A DNA stretch of 64,000 bases from Massalongia carnosa (lineage: Eukaryota). A model generated the notes under the pieces. It searched no databases. It saw nothing but the letters and a program-made list of their open reading frames with translations, and was not told where the DNA came from. The stretch covers positions 682,001 through 746,000 of the forward strand of contig OZ287086.1 of assembly GCA_965645245.1 (NCBI GenBank), given 5' to 3'. The position numbers and the translations under genes are program-made. This document shows positions 49,914-61,838 of this stretch, in pieces; the first letter of the stretch is position 1, and each line of letters starts with the position of its first letter.

Positions 49914-51524
49914 ATGATCACGAACGAATACGCCTTGACGCGTGAAATGAGTGAAGCCTACCACTTAACATGTAAAGCGAGGGAGGTACTAAAAGGTATG
50001 GGGGAGACCGTACCAGGCGCAGTAGTGAGTCGCTGGATACTCGCATTGGTGGAGTTCATAGAACAAAACGAGGCAAAACGCGACGCGCCTGACGCGTCGA
50101 ATCAAGAAAGTCTTCAAAGCACACTGCACGACATACAACAAAGATTACAGAAGATTGAGAAGCAGGGAGAAAACAATGGAAAAGCGCTCAGCTACGCCGC
50201 CGTCGCGTCTGGGGGCCGTAGGGGAACGACTGGGGATATCGGAAAGACGCAGACCCAAATCGATGAAAACATGCTTAGAGAAAAGAGAAAGATGAAAGAA
50301 CTCATAGTCAGAATAGAAGATCCCAAAGAGCAAGAGGCCTTGGGAAGAAAGACGACAAAAGAAATCATAGAAGCTATAAAAATCCCCAACAGCGAGATAG
50401 CGGGTATCAGGAAGCTCCCCAGCGGGGATTTGAAAATCCACACCAAAACAGCGCAGGCTAAGCAGAGCCTCCAATCACAACCAGCATGGATAAAGAATGT
50501 GGCGGCATCGGCGACGATTCGTAAAGAGGGATACGCGGTAATAGCACACGGCATGCGGATGAACGATGTACGAGGACCAAAACAAATGAAGGCCATAGAA
50601 TATCTGATAAGAGAAAACAAGGATCTGCACGAAGACCTAAAAATTAATAGAGTGGCATGGAGCACTAGAGCCATTAAGCAGAACAAGAGATACGCGTCTA
50701 TGCACATCGAGGTAGAAACTGCGGAGATGGCCAATCGGCTCATCCTCGTAGGTCTAGCAAACAGAGGAGAAATCAAGACGTGCGAGCTATTCGAAGCCGG
50801 ATGCAAGCTCACACAATGCTTCAATTGTCAACAATACGGCCATATAGCAAAGTTCTGCAGAAATCCCACCACATGTGGATACTGCGCGGGGAGACACGAA
50901 AGCCGATCGTGCCCCGGCAACAAGGCGCCGAGGTTCCTACGATGCGGAGCGTGTGGAGAAAAAGGCCACCCAGCATGGGCGGCAGAATGCAGAACAAGAA
51001 AGGAGAGAAAGCATCGAACGGAAATCGCAAGGGACTCCGCTAGAAGACTTTACGCAACACCTCCGAGCGGGAGAGAAGAGGAAAAGAGAAAGGAAAGAGG
51101 ATTAGGATCGAAAAGCACACCATCTCCCAACGCACCGCTGCAGAACGTCGAAGTGATCATCACAACCGACAACAACAAAGACACCCAACGAAGCCAGACC
51201 GACGGGACAGGGAGCACCATAGTAGAGGAGGAAGAGGTACAGGAGACAAACGATGAAGAAATGACAGAGGCTATGGAAACAATAAGAAAAAGAAAGCCAA
51301 GCACGAACCTCGCAGGAAGACCGCTGGTGGCACGATCGCGATCATTATCGCCCAGGAGAGAGGATAGAGAGAAGCCCCTACGAGGAAGAGAAGAATGGAG
51401 AACGACAAGAATGATGAATCCGGAGATTCGAGAAATGGCCTTCGCCAAGCCGGTGAGAGGTCGTCCACGCATCAGGACGCCAAGCACTAACGAAGAACTT
51501 CTCAACAATGACGATCAATTATGA
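49914..51524 (+). CDS. LINE ORF1 gag-like protein (536 aa)
   Basis: SYAAVA, LPSGDL and knuckles CFNCQQYGH, CGYCAGRH, CGACGEKGH. Confidence 0.93.
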   Translation: MITNEYALTREMSEAYHLTCKAREVLKGMGETVPGAVVSRWILALVEFIEQNEAKRDAPDASNQESLQSTLHDIQQRLQKIEKQGENNGKALSYAAVASGGRRGTTGDIGKTQTQIDENMLREKRKMKELIVRIEDPKEQEALGRKTTKEIIEAIKIPNSEIAGIRKLPSGDLKIHTKTAQAKQSLQSQPAWIKNVAASATIRKEGYAVIAHGMRMNDVRGPKQMKAIEYLIRENKDLHEDLKINRVAWSTRAIKQNKRYASMHIEVETAEMANRLILVGLANRGEIKTCELFEAGCKLTQCFNCQQYGHIAKFCRNPTTCGYCAGRHESRSCPGNKAPRFLRCGACGEKGHPAWAAECRTRKERKHRTEIARDSARRLYATPPSGREEEKRKERGLGSKSTPSPNAPLQNVEVIITTDNNKDTQRSQTDGTGSTIVEEEEVQETNDEEMTEAMETIRKRKPSTNLAGRPLVARSRSLSPRREDREKPLRGREEWRTTRMMNPEIREMAFAKPVRGRPRIRTPSTNEELLNNDDQL

Positions 51525-54500
51525 GAGACACGAACACTCTCACAATTCTGCAGTACAACGTCAGGAAAAGTGCGAAAGGCACACTGATACCATTGCTTGC
51601 AGACGAGAAAACAAAGAATTTCGATATCATTGCTATTCAAGAACCATGGAAAAACCCTACAACGGCCCTACTACTCAACCCCTATCAGAGCGGGTTTCAC
51701 TTACTTTACAAATCCGGAGGAGACACACGCGTCTGCTTCTATATCAACGAGAAGATAGATCCAGAAAGTTGGGACGTGGAATATCCAACAGAAGATCTAT
51801 GCACATTGAATATAGAAATCAGAATAGGAAGCGTGTTAAGAAAAATTCATATACACAACATCTACAATCCATCCCCGTTATCTATCTCAGCGACGGATAG
51901 TCCGTCTACCCTACCGGCCGCCCTGCGTCAACTGAACGGGCCAGGAGAACACATCTTGCTAGGGGATTTCAACCTTCATCATCCACATTGGGGAGGTGCG
52001 AGAGTGCGAGGTCAACACGAGGCGTCCGAACAGCTACTAGACATCATTGAAAGTAAAAATCTTTCGCTCACCCTGCCAAGAGGAACAGTGACATGGGAGG
52101 CAAGAAACTCATTCAGCACCATCGATCTGGTGTTCATGACGGAAGATCTCGTAGAAAGATTGGAACACTGTATCACAGTCCCGGAGCTGAATCAAGACTC
52201 AGATCACGTACCAATATCGACGAGGCTCCGCCTCACCTGTGAACCCCTTACGCCTCCCCGCCGAAGAGCCTGGAAACTCCTGGACATGAATAAACTGAGA
52301 GAAGTTGAGAGAAATGCCCCCACACCACGCGTCGTACGAGGCGCCAACGAAATTGATGCATACACTGCAGATATTCAAGACTACCTCAAAAGAATCGTTC
52401 AAGAGGCGGTACCATGGGCTAAACCTAGTCCCCAGGCGAAGTCCTTCTGGAATAGAGAGTGCGAGGAGGCAACGAAGGAGACCCGCAGGCTTCGTAGGAT
52501 CTGGACGGCGGAAAGAAATCTGTCAGACTGGAAAAACTACATCAGAATGAACGACAAAAAACAGAAAATCATCGGTAAGGCAAGAAATCTTCATTTCAGA
52601 GAACAAATGGCCGAAGTTGCAGCATCAAGAACAGGACTCTTCCGACTCGCAAAATGGGGCAAAGACAGAAGCGACGCACCAAGAGAAATTCCAAAAATGC
52701 CCCCGTTAGCAACAGCACAAAATCCCAATACGATAGCAGACACGTTCGAGAAGAGAGTAAATATGCTGAAGAAGTCCTTCTTTCCCCCTCCTCCTAACGC
52801 GGATCTCGGGGATCTCGTAGGATATTCGTACCCTCCAACACCAGAATGTCCAGCACTGATAACGGAAGAAGAAGTGGCGGCGGCGCTGCGAAAGCCAAAG
52901 CCAGACAAAGCCCCAGGACCGGATGGAATCACAAATAGAATTCTCAAAGCCTGTTCAGAAAACCTAATCAAATTGCTGACACCACTTTTTCAAGCATGTG
53001 TGAATGAAGGATATCATCCGAAAGTCTTTAAAATCGCCAACACTATCACGCTAAAGAAGCCAGGAAAAGGAAACTATACGGATCCCAAGGCATGGAGACC
53101 CATAGCGTTGTTGAACACGTTGGGCAAAGCATTGGAATCCATTATAGCAAGGAAAATTAGCCATCTGACGGAAGAATTTAAACTGATCCCGGATACTCAA
53201 ATGGGTGCAAGGCCGGGCCGCGGAACGGAAACAGCACTGGAGCTGCTCACTGAACAAGTGCACACCGTATGGAATCAGGGTAACGATAAAGTGGCATCTC
53301 TATTGAGCATAGACGTATCGGGAGCCTTTGACACCGTCTCTCATCGTAGGCTCATTCACAACATGAGAAAACGAAAGATCCCAGAGTGGATAGCCAAATG
53401 GACGGATAGTTTCTTGAAAGAAAGAGAAACCACGCTCACGATTAATCAACGCACCACTAACGCATTTCCGCTGAGCATAGGAATCCCTCAGGGATCTCCT
53501 CTATCTCCCATTCTATATCTCTTTTACAATGCGGACCTCTTAGACATTTGCAATAGACCCAGCACAAACGCGGCAGGCATAGGATTCGTAGACGACGTGA
53601 ACATCCTGACATATGGCAAATCCACGGAAGAAAATTGCAAAACATTGAAAGAAATACACGAGAATTGCGAACGATGGGCGAAACGCCACGGCTCCGTGTT
53701 CGCGCCGCATAAATACGAGCTCATACATCTAGCAAAAAATCCCAAGAAATTCAATCTCGAAGCTTCCTTCACAGTAAACGGCAAACTACTCAACGTCACG
53801 AAATCTGTACGAGTGCTGGGGGTGTACATAGACACGAGGCTCAATTGGTCGGCGCACTACAAAGAGATACAGAAGAAAATGACGAGACAAACGAGAGCGC
53901 TGACTAGAATCGCCGCAGCCACTTGGGGTGCGACCCTCCTACAAGCCCGTCACGTGTACACGGCGGTGGTACGCCCGGCAATGACCCATGGTTCTCTGGT
54001 ATGGCACACGCCGGAGGAAACACAAAAGCACGTCAAAGTCACGAGGAAAAGCAAACTCGAGATCGTACAAAACAAATGTTTACGAGTAGTAGCCGGAGCG
54101 TACAGGGCCACACCCATCGAGGTGTTACAGGCGGAAACATTCATCTGTCCATTGACGCAACATTTGGATCATCTGCAGGCCAAAGGTAGATCGAGGCTAC
54201 AACACAACGGTCAGGCAAAAGTCATAGAACAGGCATGCGAGAAAATCAGAACGAGATTGAAAGGGAAAAGAGGGCGACAACGGATTATTGGAGAAACACC
54301 GGGAGCTCGTAGACAGAGATGGGTGGCCAAGCTGACAGCTGAAGTATCAACAAAGAGAAAGCCCAAACGCACACCACCATGGGAAAAAGCGGAGAATGCA
54401 CAAGAGGAAAAACGAGCAGAATATGCCGCACTTCAAAGAGAAAGAGACGGAATCATAGCGAAACGATTTAAAGAAAAATGGAAGGACAAATGGATAGCGT

Positions 54501-54895
54501 ATCAATCAATACATACGCTTGATCCAACAATAGCACAGTCGGGTCCATTGCACAAAAACAGGTTGAACACGCACAAGCTGCTGAATAAGGCGCAAAGCTC
54601 CCTCGCAATTCAAATTAGAACAGAGAAAATCGGGTTAGCGAGTTTTCTATTCAAACGCAAGGTGCCAGACATTGAGTCCGCGGCCTGCCTGTGCGGAAGC
54701 CGCTTTCAAACGGCGAAACATGTGATAATGTTCTGCGGATTGCATAATAGAATCGATATGTTGCGTGCAGCTGGCTCGCTGGATTATCAAAAACTGATAA
54801 CAGACCCCAAAGCGATCAAAATAATCACTGCATGGCTTATGCGTACGGGCATACTAACACAGTACACCATTGCCGCGCAAATGACGGAGCAATAA
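51521..54895 (+). CDS. LINE ORF2 APE-RT polyprotein (1124 aa)
   Basis: QEPW, GDFNLHH, SDH, APGPDGI, GIPQGSPLSP, FVDD, CLCG...KHV; no RNase H domain. Confidence 0.95.
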   Translation: MRDTNTLTILQYNVRKSAKGTLIPLLADEKTKNFDIIAIQEPWKNPTTALLLNPYQSGFHLLYKSGGDTRVCFYINEKIDPESWDVEYPTEDLCTLNIEIRIGSVLRKIHIHNIYNPSPLSISATDSPSTLPAALRQLNGPGEHILLGDFNLHHPHWGGARVRGQHEASEQLLDIIESKNLSLTLPRGTVTWEARNSFSTIDLVFMTEDLVERLEHCITVPELNQDSDHVPISTRLRLTCEPLTPPRRRAWKLLDMNKLREVERNAPTPRVVRGANEIDAYTADIQDYLKRIVQEAVPWAKPSPQAKSFWNRECEEATKETRRLRRIWTAERNLSDWKNYIRMNDKKQKIIGKARNLHFREQMAEVAASRTGLFRLAKWGKDRSDAPREIPKMPPLATAQNPNTIADTFEKRVNMLKKSFFPPPPNADLGDLVGYSYPPTPECPALITEEEVAAALRKPKPDKAPGPDGITNRILKACSENLIKLLTPLFQACVNEGYHPKVFKIANTITLKKPGKGNYTDPKAWRPIALLNTLGKALESIIARKISHLTEEFKLIPDTQMGARPGRGTETALELLTEQVHTVWNQGNDKVASLLSIDVSGAFDTVSHRRLIHNMRKRKIPEWIAKWTDSFLKERETTLTINQRTTNAFPLSIGIPQGSPLSPILYLFYNADLLDICNRPSTNAAGIGFVDDVNILTYGKSTEENCKTLKEIHENCERWAKRHGSVFAPHKYELIHLAKNPKKFNLEASFTVNGKLLNVTKSVRVLGVYIDTRLNWSAHYKEIQKKMTRQTRALTRIAAATWGATLLQARHVYTAVVRPAMTHGSLVWHTPEETQKHVKVTRKSKLEIVQNKCLRVVAGAYRATPIEVLQAETFICPLTQHLDHLQAKGRSRLQHNGQAKVIEQACEKIRTRLKGKRGRQRIIGETPGARRQRWVAKLTAEVSTKRKPKRTPPWEKAENAQEEKRAEYAALQRERDGIIAKRFKEKWKDKWIAYQSIHTLDPTIAQSGPLHKNRLNTHKLLNKAQSSLAIQIRTEKIGLASFLFKRKVPDIESAACLCGSRFQTAKHVIMFCGLHNRIDMLRAAGSLDYQKLITDPKAIKIITAWLMRTGILTQYTIAAQMTEQ

Positions 54896-56515
54896 TGAGA
54901 GGAGAATTGGTTTTTTCTTCTACTTATTTTCTTTTCTTCTCTTTTATTCTTGCACTTACTCAGGCGCATAACGGGTATAGCGGGTTTCCCAAACCGTAGA
55001 GATCAACCCTGGGAAAGAGCGAGTCCTCTACAAACCTGGTACGCAGGAGCAGTTTTTTACCCGTTCGGGTTTTCTGCCTTTATATAGCCTATGTAGTATC
55101 TCCCGCATGGGCCAGCTTCAGCTGGTGTCATATCGGCGTAAGAAAAATCAATCAATCAATCAATCATGACAGCAAGAGCGACAATATGAGCGTTCATACT
55201 GACATGGGTGACTGGGATGGATTCAGTGATCGTTCTTTTGTTTTTAGGTCTCGCAGATTCTCAGCTCAAAACGATGAAGATATTGCGATCGAGAGTGACA
55301 AGAGTTTTACATCTCATCGCGACAAAAGTATTACACTCGAGAGTGAGATGGATTCCTCATCTCGATCTCAATCGTCGTCAATTGTAACAGACTCATCAGA
55401 AGATACTAAGGAAGAGCAGAAAAACTATGCTTGTTGGGCTATTGGATGGCTAGATATGGACGAGGCACAGTTACAACAATTTCAAAGGTTTGATATGGAT
55501 CAGACGTTTGCTGGAACACTACAGTAACATAGAAATTACAAACGTCGCTTTCCAGAGGCGGCCGAAGAAGAAGCTCGCAAAAAACGAATACTTTATGCTA
55601 ACCAGGCACGTACTCACCATATGATTAATTCATGGCTAATAATTGAAAGCAGGGTCGAAGATTTCTGACAGAGCGACAGTATCAACTTATCGTTCCCCAT
55701 TTTGAGCCCATAGCTCCAGCTCCATCGTCGCATTCTTCAGTTCTTAGAAAGTTTTTCACCCGCCCATTATAGACGTATCCTCAAAGACGATGTCCTCTTC
55801 CTCTACGCATTCCTTTAGGAGAGCCAACACCACTTTCGGAAGGGGAGAGAACACCAGTAGGCTGTGGTTTTGATGACTTTCCGTACGAGAAAGACGATGC
55901 ATTACCGGAAGAGAGAGTGGAAGTCGAGAATACATTAGCGGATGAGCGACAAGAAGCTGAGGATATACTGGCGGAGGAGCAAAATTGGAGCATGCTAGAG
56001 AAAGGTAAAGAACGTGACCGGGCACTGATCTCACCTCGTAAATCTAGATCTGGACGGATATTGAAACGTACTGTGAGAGCGCAAGAAGCTTTACACACAA
56101 AGCATGCCAACTTAGCAAAGGCAGCTTTAGAACGCTCTAGAGAAGTATCATTGACTGACATAATAAACAAGTCACCTCCTCGAAAACGACAAAGGCGAAG
56201 GACAAAGTCGAGTCAATAGTTGAGTCTAGAGATTATCCTTACAGAGAGAAAGGATAAGCAATCGTGTTTTCTGTCATGAAGTGACAGGGCATCTGCCGGC
56301 TAGCTACGTTCCATGTACCACTTCTTCGGAGGCGATTTTTTTGGTGAAGGAATAACATATCGAAACATGACAGTCTGGGGATGGAAAATTAGAACATGAC
56401 TTTATATTGTGATGTTTTCCATATATTTTTGTATAGGTATCTACTCGCTTTTCCTCGTGCTTGCCATTTAATCGTGCAGTCGTAATATATACTTCAAGAT
56501 CGATTTCGAAATCTA

Positions 56516-57878
56516 CACTGTAGCTGTGTAAAAGTCTTCGGCACACCCCACCAAAACTAAAATTCCCTTTTACAGGAGATTTGTTCCACCTATTCCCTAC
56601 CCCCCAAACAACCGTTTGAAACCTCCAAAATTGCATTGATAATCGATTGATATGTGCTCTATTTACTACCCGAATTTGGTGGTGCTGATACTTTGTATGC
56701 CACCCCTCCGCAGCAATAAATGCTGCCACCTTGCGGGGCATGCTTGCAATCAGTCCATCTATTACCTCCTCACGAATGTTCCCCCATGCCTCCTGCAGAA
56801 TGTTAAACAGCTTGGATTCTGCCTCGTCGCCCTTGCCCTCTAGCGAATTGATGTCGGGATAAACTTTGTAGGCATCTTTCTTGAGAAGGGCCCAAAGCTT
56901 TTCGATGGGATTTAAGTCGGGGCTGTAGGGTGGCAAGTCCATTACCTCTATCCCCCATTCCTTAAACCACGCCTTTGTTTTATTCGCTCCATGAATAAGG
57001 GCATTATCCTGCATGAAAACAAGACCGGGCGTCTATATTCCTAGCAAGTTGGACTCCAAAACCTGTATGTAGGACTTTGCTGAGTAACCTTGCTTTTTAG
57101 ACTCCTAATCCCGCTCCAAAAGATGAAGATTCGACCTTCCCGATCCCCAAAGTGCCTCCCATATCATAATACTAAAGGCCTTGCCTTTGGGACCTTCCTG
57201 AAGCTTATCACGATCCCATTTCTGATCAGGAGTTCCAAAAGACCAGTCACGGCCTTTGCCCGAACCCTTTTCACAGAAGACTCATCTGATTAGATTACAG
57301 TTTTCCACTGTTCCACCGTCCAGTCCTCGTGTTTTCGTGCCCAATTCAGTCGGAGATTTGCCAGAGCTGGGGTCAATTTAGGCCGCCTCAAGGCGATCCA
57401 ATGAGCTATCCCATTGTTCTTGAGCACCTTGTTGAACGTCTGCCTGCAGATTTTCAACCCCAAGGCTGTTTTGACCTGATTCCAACTTGTTTTTGGGTTG
57501 ATTCGAACATACCGCAGCACGGATCTGACCGCTCGAGGGGTAACAACAGGGGGCCGGTCGCATCGGGATCTATTTTCTCCAGACGGAACTGTTTGTTCTC
57601 TCTGCAAAAATCTCTGAATGGTGGTGCGGGGGACGTTCAATTGATGATGAATTTCAGTGGGTATTAAACCCGCCCGGGCGAGGCCTGATCGGGCGAGGCC
57701 TGATATTTGACCTTTTGTAAACGTAGATAACTCCCTTCGAGGGGTCTTATTAGCAGAGATAGGGGTCAATGGGCTTCGTTTCGGCATGGTGATGGTGGGT
57801 TGAAAAGGATGAGTTTGGGGGAGACGCGATTTTTCTCGAAAATTACGCGAAATAACGAACACTTAATCATACCCACTG
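56516..57878 (-). mobile_element. Degenerate Tc1/mariner transposon
   Basis: TA flanks at 56514-56515 and 57879-57880; transposase fragments (MPKRSPL, QDNA, SPDLNPIE, GWHTKY); imperfect TIRs. The host sequence is uninterrupted at 45059-45298. Confidence 0.9.
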
Positions 57879-58161
57879 TAAACCCCCAATGACCCCCCAA
57901 TGACCCCCAAATGACCCCCAAATGACCCCCTTCAATTAATTACAGTTCTTGGGGGGTCATCGTGACAGCGCTAGAAGCAAAATTACGTTTATGTTACGGT
58001 AATTGACCCCCAATTAACCCCAGACAATATGGGGGTTATTTAGGAGTCATTTCAGAAATTTGCCGATCTCAGTAATTTGACCGTTGATTTAAAAATATCA
58101 CCTCTTTTATTACGAGCTTGTTGAAAACAAGCAATTTATTTATGAGCGCGTGAGTTATCAT

Positions 58162-59283
58162 GATGTATTCATACTCCCATGTCCCTGGCCATAGGCCGGC
58201 CCATACGGGCAAAGCTATCTAAGTTATATTACAAGGAAACCCTTTTTAAGGTGTAAAAACTTTATCCCTCGATACCTGTCTGATGCGATACCGGGTCCAT
58301 GCCGGACGGGAGACGCAGAGCGAGAAGCGTGTGAGGGCTGTGACGCCTTGTGAGATGAGAAGGAAAAGAGAAGTGAGACTACTGTTGATTGTACAACAGT
58401 GTGAATGCCAGTGTGAATTCAGTTCAGTAGACCTGTTTTCATTAGCCAAGCAGTTAATATCTTCAGAGTTTTTGAAGTTTCGGTCAGCTGTTGATAGTTG
58501 TTCGTGCCAGCGGCGCGAAACATCTGTTCCCTGTTGTCAATAAGTCTACAGAATATAATTACGTGTTCTGGAGTTTGTCTGTGCCAGCCACATGGGCAGG
58601 CCGGTGAGGTGACGGCGGGGACCCGTCGCTGGTAGAGGAAGTCAGCTAAACTGATCTTACCGGTGCGAACCTGTGTTGTCACGGCGCTTTCTGCCTTTTC
58701 CAGCAGCGTGTGTATTTTCAGTCTTTTTTTGCTCAAGGGACTGATTGAGCTATGGAGGGTTCGATGACGCGATTTTGATATACGTGCCACGGGTCGTCCC
58801 AGACTTTCAGCTGTCGTGCTTTAAGTATCTTCAGTTACTTTAGACGAGCCGACGCTGCTACAGAGACTTCACGGAGATGTGACTAGGAGGGTTCCGAAAA
58901 TAGTAGGTCTGCTTTAGGTGGTTAAAAGACTTTTGCGTCGATCAGCAGGTTATTGGCCCAGGTATGCTTCAACTCGCCCGGGGGTTTATTGAATACGTTT
59001 ACGGCCTACCTTGCCTCGGTGTTTGTTTACTATTCTGCTGTATGCGGAATAAATGATTTTCGATTAACCTCCGGCTCTGAGACGATGTCTGGCCTGTGCT
59101 TGTATCGTGTCGAGATTTGCATCTGAAGGAGCTATGTATGTCTCTACTTCAAGAACTGGAGTGGGAGTGGCTTTGAAGGTGCCAGCTATAGTGCGGAGAC
59201 AGTTGTTTTGTATGATACTCGTTGACGTTTTTGACTTTTTGGGAATGTGCCATACGGTTGACCTGTATGTCATGACCCGCATT
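58162..59283 (-). mobile_element. 5'-truncated degenerate Tad-like LINE
   Basis: CLRTIAGTFKATP, QVRTGKI and CPCGWHRQT; imperfect TSD TGAGTTATCAT/TGAATTATCAT. Confidence 0.85.
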
Positions 59284-59313
59284 TGAATTATCATTTATTA
59301 TAACGAGCTCGAT

Positions 59314-61590
59314 TTAATTGTCCTGCTCCAGATCTTCATCCCAATATTGAGGCTTGCCCGTCAATTTGCGATATTGCTTACCCGTCTTCTTATAAGAGAA
59401 GTTCCTGATAAACTCCTCGTTAAGAAAAAGCTCTTTGGCCATCATTGCATCTCGCGCGTTGATGCTTTTTCGTCTTTTACGAATAACTTTTAACAACTCT
59501 GTTTGACTTATACGTTCCATATTTCCCTTCTTTTTCGCACGTCGCATATGTGCATTCCAAAAATCCTCTTTATTTGCGTAATTGCGTCGTTCCTGCATGA
59601 TGCACTTTATTTCGTTTAAAAAGTGTTCTTTAATAAAGTGCTCGTCAAAAAACATACCTTCCAATTGCTATAATGTCCTTTGATAAGAGTCCATGTTTCT
59701 GACATATAACCTTTGTATAACGTTCCCCAATAACGTACAGGTACGCTGATACCTCTCACATACATGTAATACGGATGGCGCTAGAGGGATACGTGATCGC
59801 CTATGGCGGTTGCGGGATAAACTAGCGTGGACCATGCCGTAGTACGAAGTCGCATAAGCCGTCGAGGCTGACACACTGCCATCTTGCCCCGAAACTTCGG
59901 AGTTATTGTTATCACGTTCTTGACTACTTACAGATCAAACACCTGTCGAGGCCGTGGTGGTAGATTGCCATGGAGTGTAAGGCGGACTCCTGTAGAGACG
60001 CCGAGGAACTCTATATGGGATCTACTGGCCTACTCGGAGCTACTGGATCTCTTGCTGGATCAAGAGATGTAGCAGGAGGCACAGCTCGCTGGACGCAGCT
60101 TGAGTATAGCCTCCCCGGTGTAAACTTCAGCTTCAACCTTTATTACTACGTTGGTAGTGATGTCGGCTGAATAAACCTACATGACCTCGTTGTCTAGACC
60201 TTGTGTCTAGAATCAGGTCCGCAGTGTAGCGAGGTATTCAGTCGAAGGTAACCTTCCATCACTAGGTAGTGGTGACGGCGAAATGAAGCTACATAGCCTG
60301 AGGCATGTAGTGAGGGATCTAGCTCGGGGTAGAATTGTTCTACCTTGCAAGGGAAGATCTAGAAGGCTGCTAGAGGCTGACTAGATGATCCAGCGAACGC
60401 CTAGTTCGTGGATGGATCCTGAGGGATGGTTGGATGTAATGCGATAAAGTCGGATGTGGATTGCAAGACTGTAATGCTCGCAAGACTCCCAAGGCTTGCA
60501 AGGCTCCTAAGATTCCAAGCCTCCCAAGGCTTTAGGCTTGAGGTGAGTAGGATAAATATCAGAACGAATCTTGTAGTATTCGTTAGCAATTAGTCTTTAT
60601 TCTATAAACAACCTACGTTTGGGTCTCCGACGAGATCTCTTGCTCTAAGCACTTTACATCCATTAGTTCTTTGGATCACATATACTCTCGGAGACTAGCA
60701 CGTAGTAGCTATCTTCCACCTCTCACGCTGAGCATTTCCCCTTTCGAGATCAATGTCGCTCGTGATAAGCTTACTGGTCTCGTAGCCCATTACAATACAC
60801 TTGCGCGGATGTTTCGTCCTCCCAATCGTTAAACAACGCGCTCAGATTTTCAGCATATTTGACATGCGGAGGAGCAGGCACATCATCAATCGTGAAGGTC
60901 ACTTGGCCGTGTGGCATGACAATCGTTGTTGTTTTCTTTTTCTTCGTTGGTAATAAGCTCGCTGCATCTGCTGTTTGAGAATTTGCTCGCTTAGAACGAG
61001 ACAAGGGTGCTAATGTTCCCGATTTGCCAGCTGTTGCTTCCTGCACAATTCTTTGCATTGTTTCTTCTAAATTATCTGTGGCTTTATCTGATGGAACGAT
61101 ATAATGATGATGATGATACGTGATTATTTGTTGTTTGCTCGTACTAGATAATGGAGTTTCTATACGAGAAAAGACTGGTCGAAATTTATTTTTTGAAACG
61201 AGCTCATTGGAAATAAACGGATCGCTATCATTGGGAACGAATGTGATAAAGGGTCGAGAAGAAGATAAAGTAGCATCAGAATTCGTCACAGAATCTGATA
61301 TAGTAGTAGCATTCAGTGCAGCGGTAGTGGCTAATCTATGTAAGTAATTGTCTTCAATTAAGTCCAGCTTATTATAATATACCGATCAGACGAGAATCTT
61401 CTTTTTGTTCAGTCATTGTTTTTTCACCCGCAAGAAAATATCTATGAGCAAAAGCTACCATTGCTTCTCTTTGCTCAGAAGTACGAAGATCGTCATCAGC
61501 GCGCTCGTTACTAATAAGACTATTTCTAACAACGTCTTGCACGGGGAGATTTCCTCGACCTGTAATTTGTTTCTTGATTTTAAGAGGCAT
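59314..61590 (-). pseudogene. Unknown-function partner gene of the YR element, interrupted by an LTR
   Basis: Removing 59747-60782 restores ...DVPAPPHVKYAENLSALFNDWED...CNG(L/V)PVRYWGTLYKG...WTLIKGHYSNWK, then an intron and ...FWNAH...FSYKKTG. Confidence 0.65.
59747..60782. mobile_element. Probable solo LTR (~1.04 kb)
   Basis: Ends TGATACC...GGTCTCG; degenerate 5-bp TSD TACGC/TAGCC; its removal restores the host reading frame. Confidence 0.65.
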
Positions 61591-61838
61591 ATTTCGATTG
61601 AAAAGAGCACGTTCACGACGAGTTTTGATATAATAAACGTTATCAAATAAATAAGTAGACGAAGAAAATTAACAATCATATCGTTAGCTTAAAATAAATA
61701 TTTGCTTGCAAGAACAAGCGTTGTTTCTTAGTGTTAAATATTTTCACTTTTCTTTATCTTACACGTCGAGCTCGTTTCTTCCTTGTTTAATTATCACGTT
61801 TTGATTATCAACTATTTTTTCATTTCGAGCCCCTCAAT

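Larger units (their letters stand above)
49784..55161 (+). mobile_element. Full-length, apparently intact Tad-like LINE
   Basis: Open ORF1 and ORF2, 3' UTR and (AATC)n tail. Confidence 0.95.

Noticed and set aside
55186..56219. Acidic/basic ORF fragments as a host gene
   Set aside because: Fragmented and low-complexity with no recognisable motif; used only as inversion-junction evidence.
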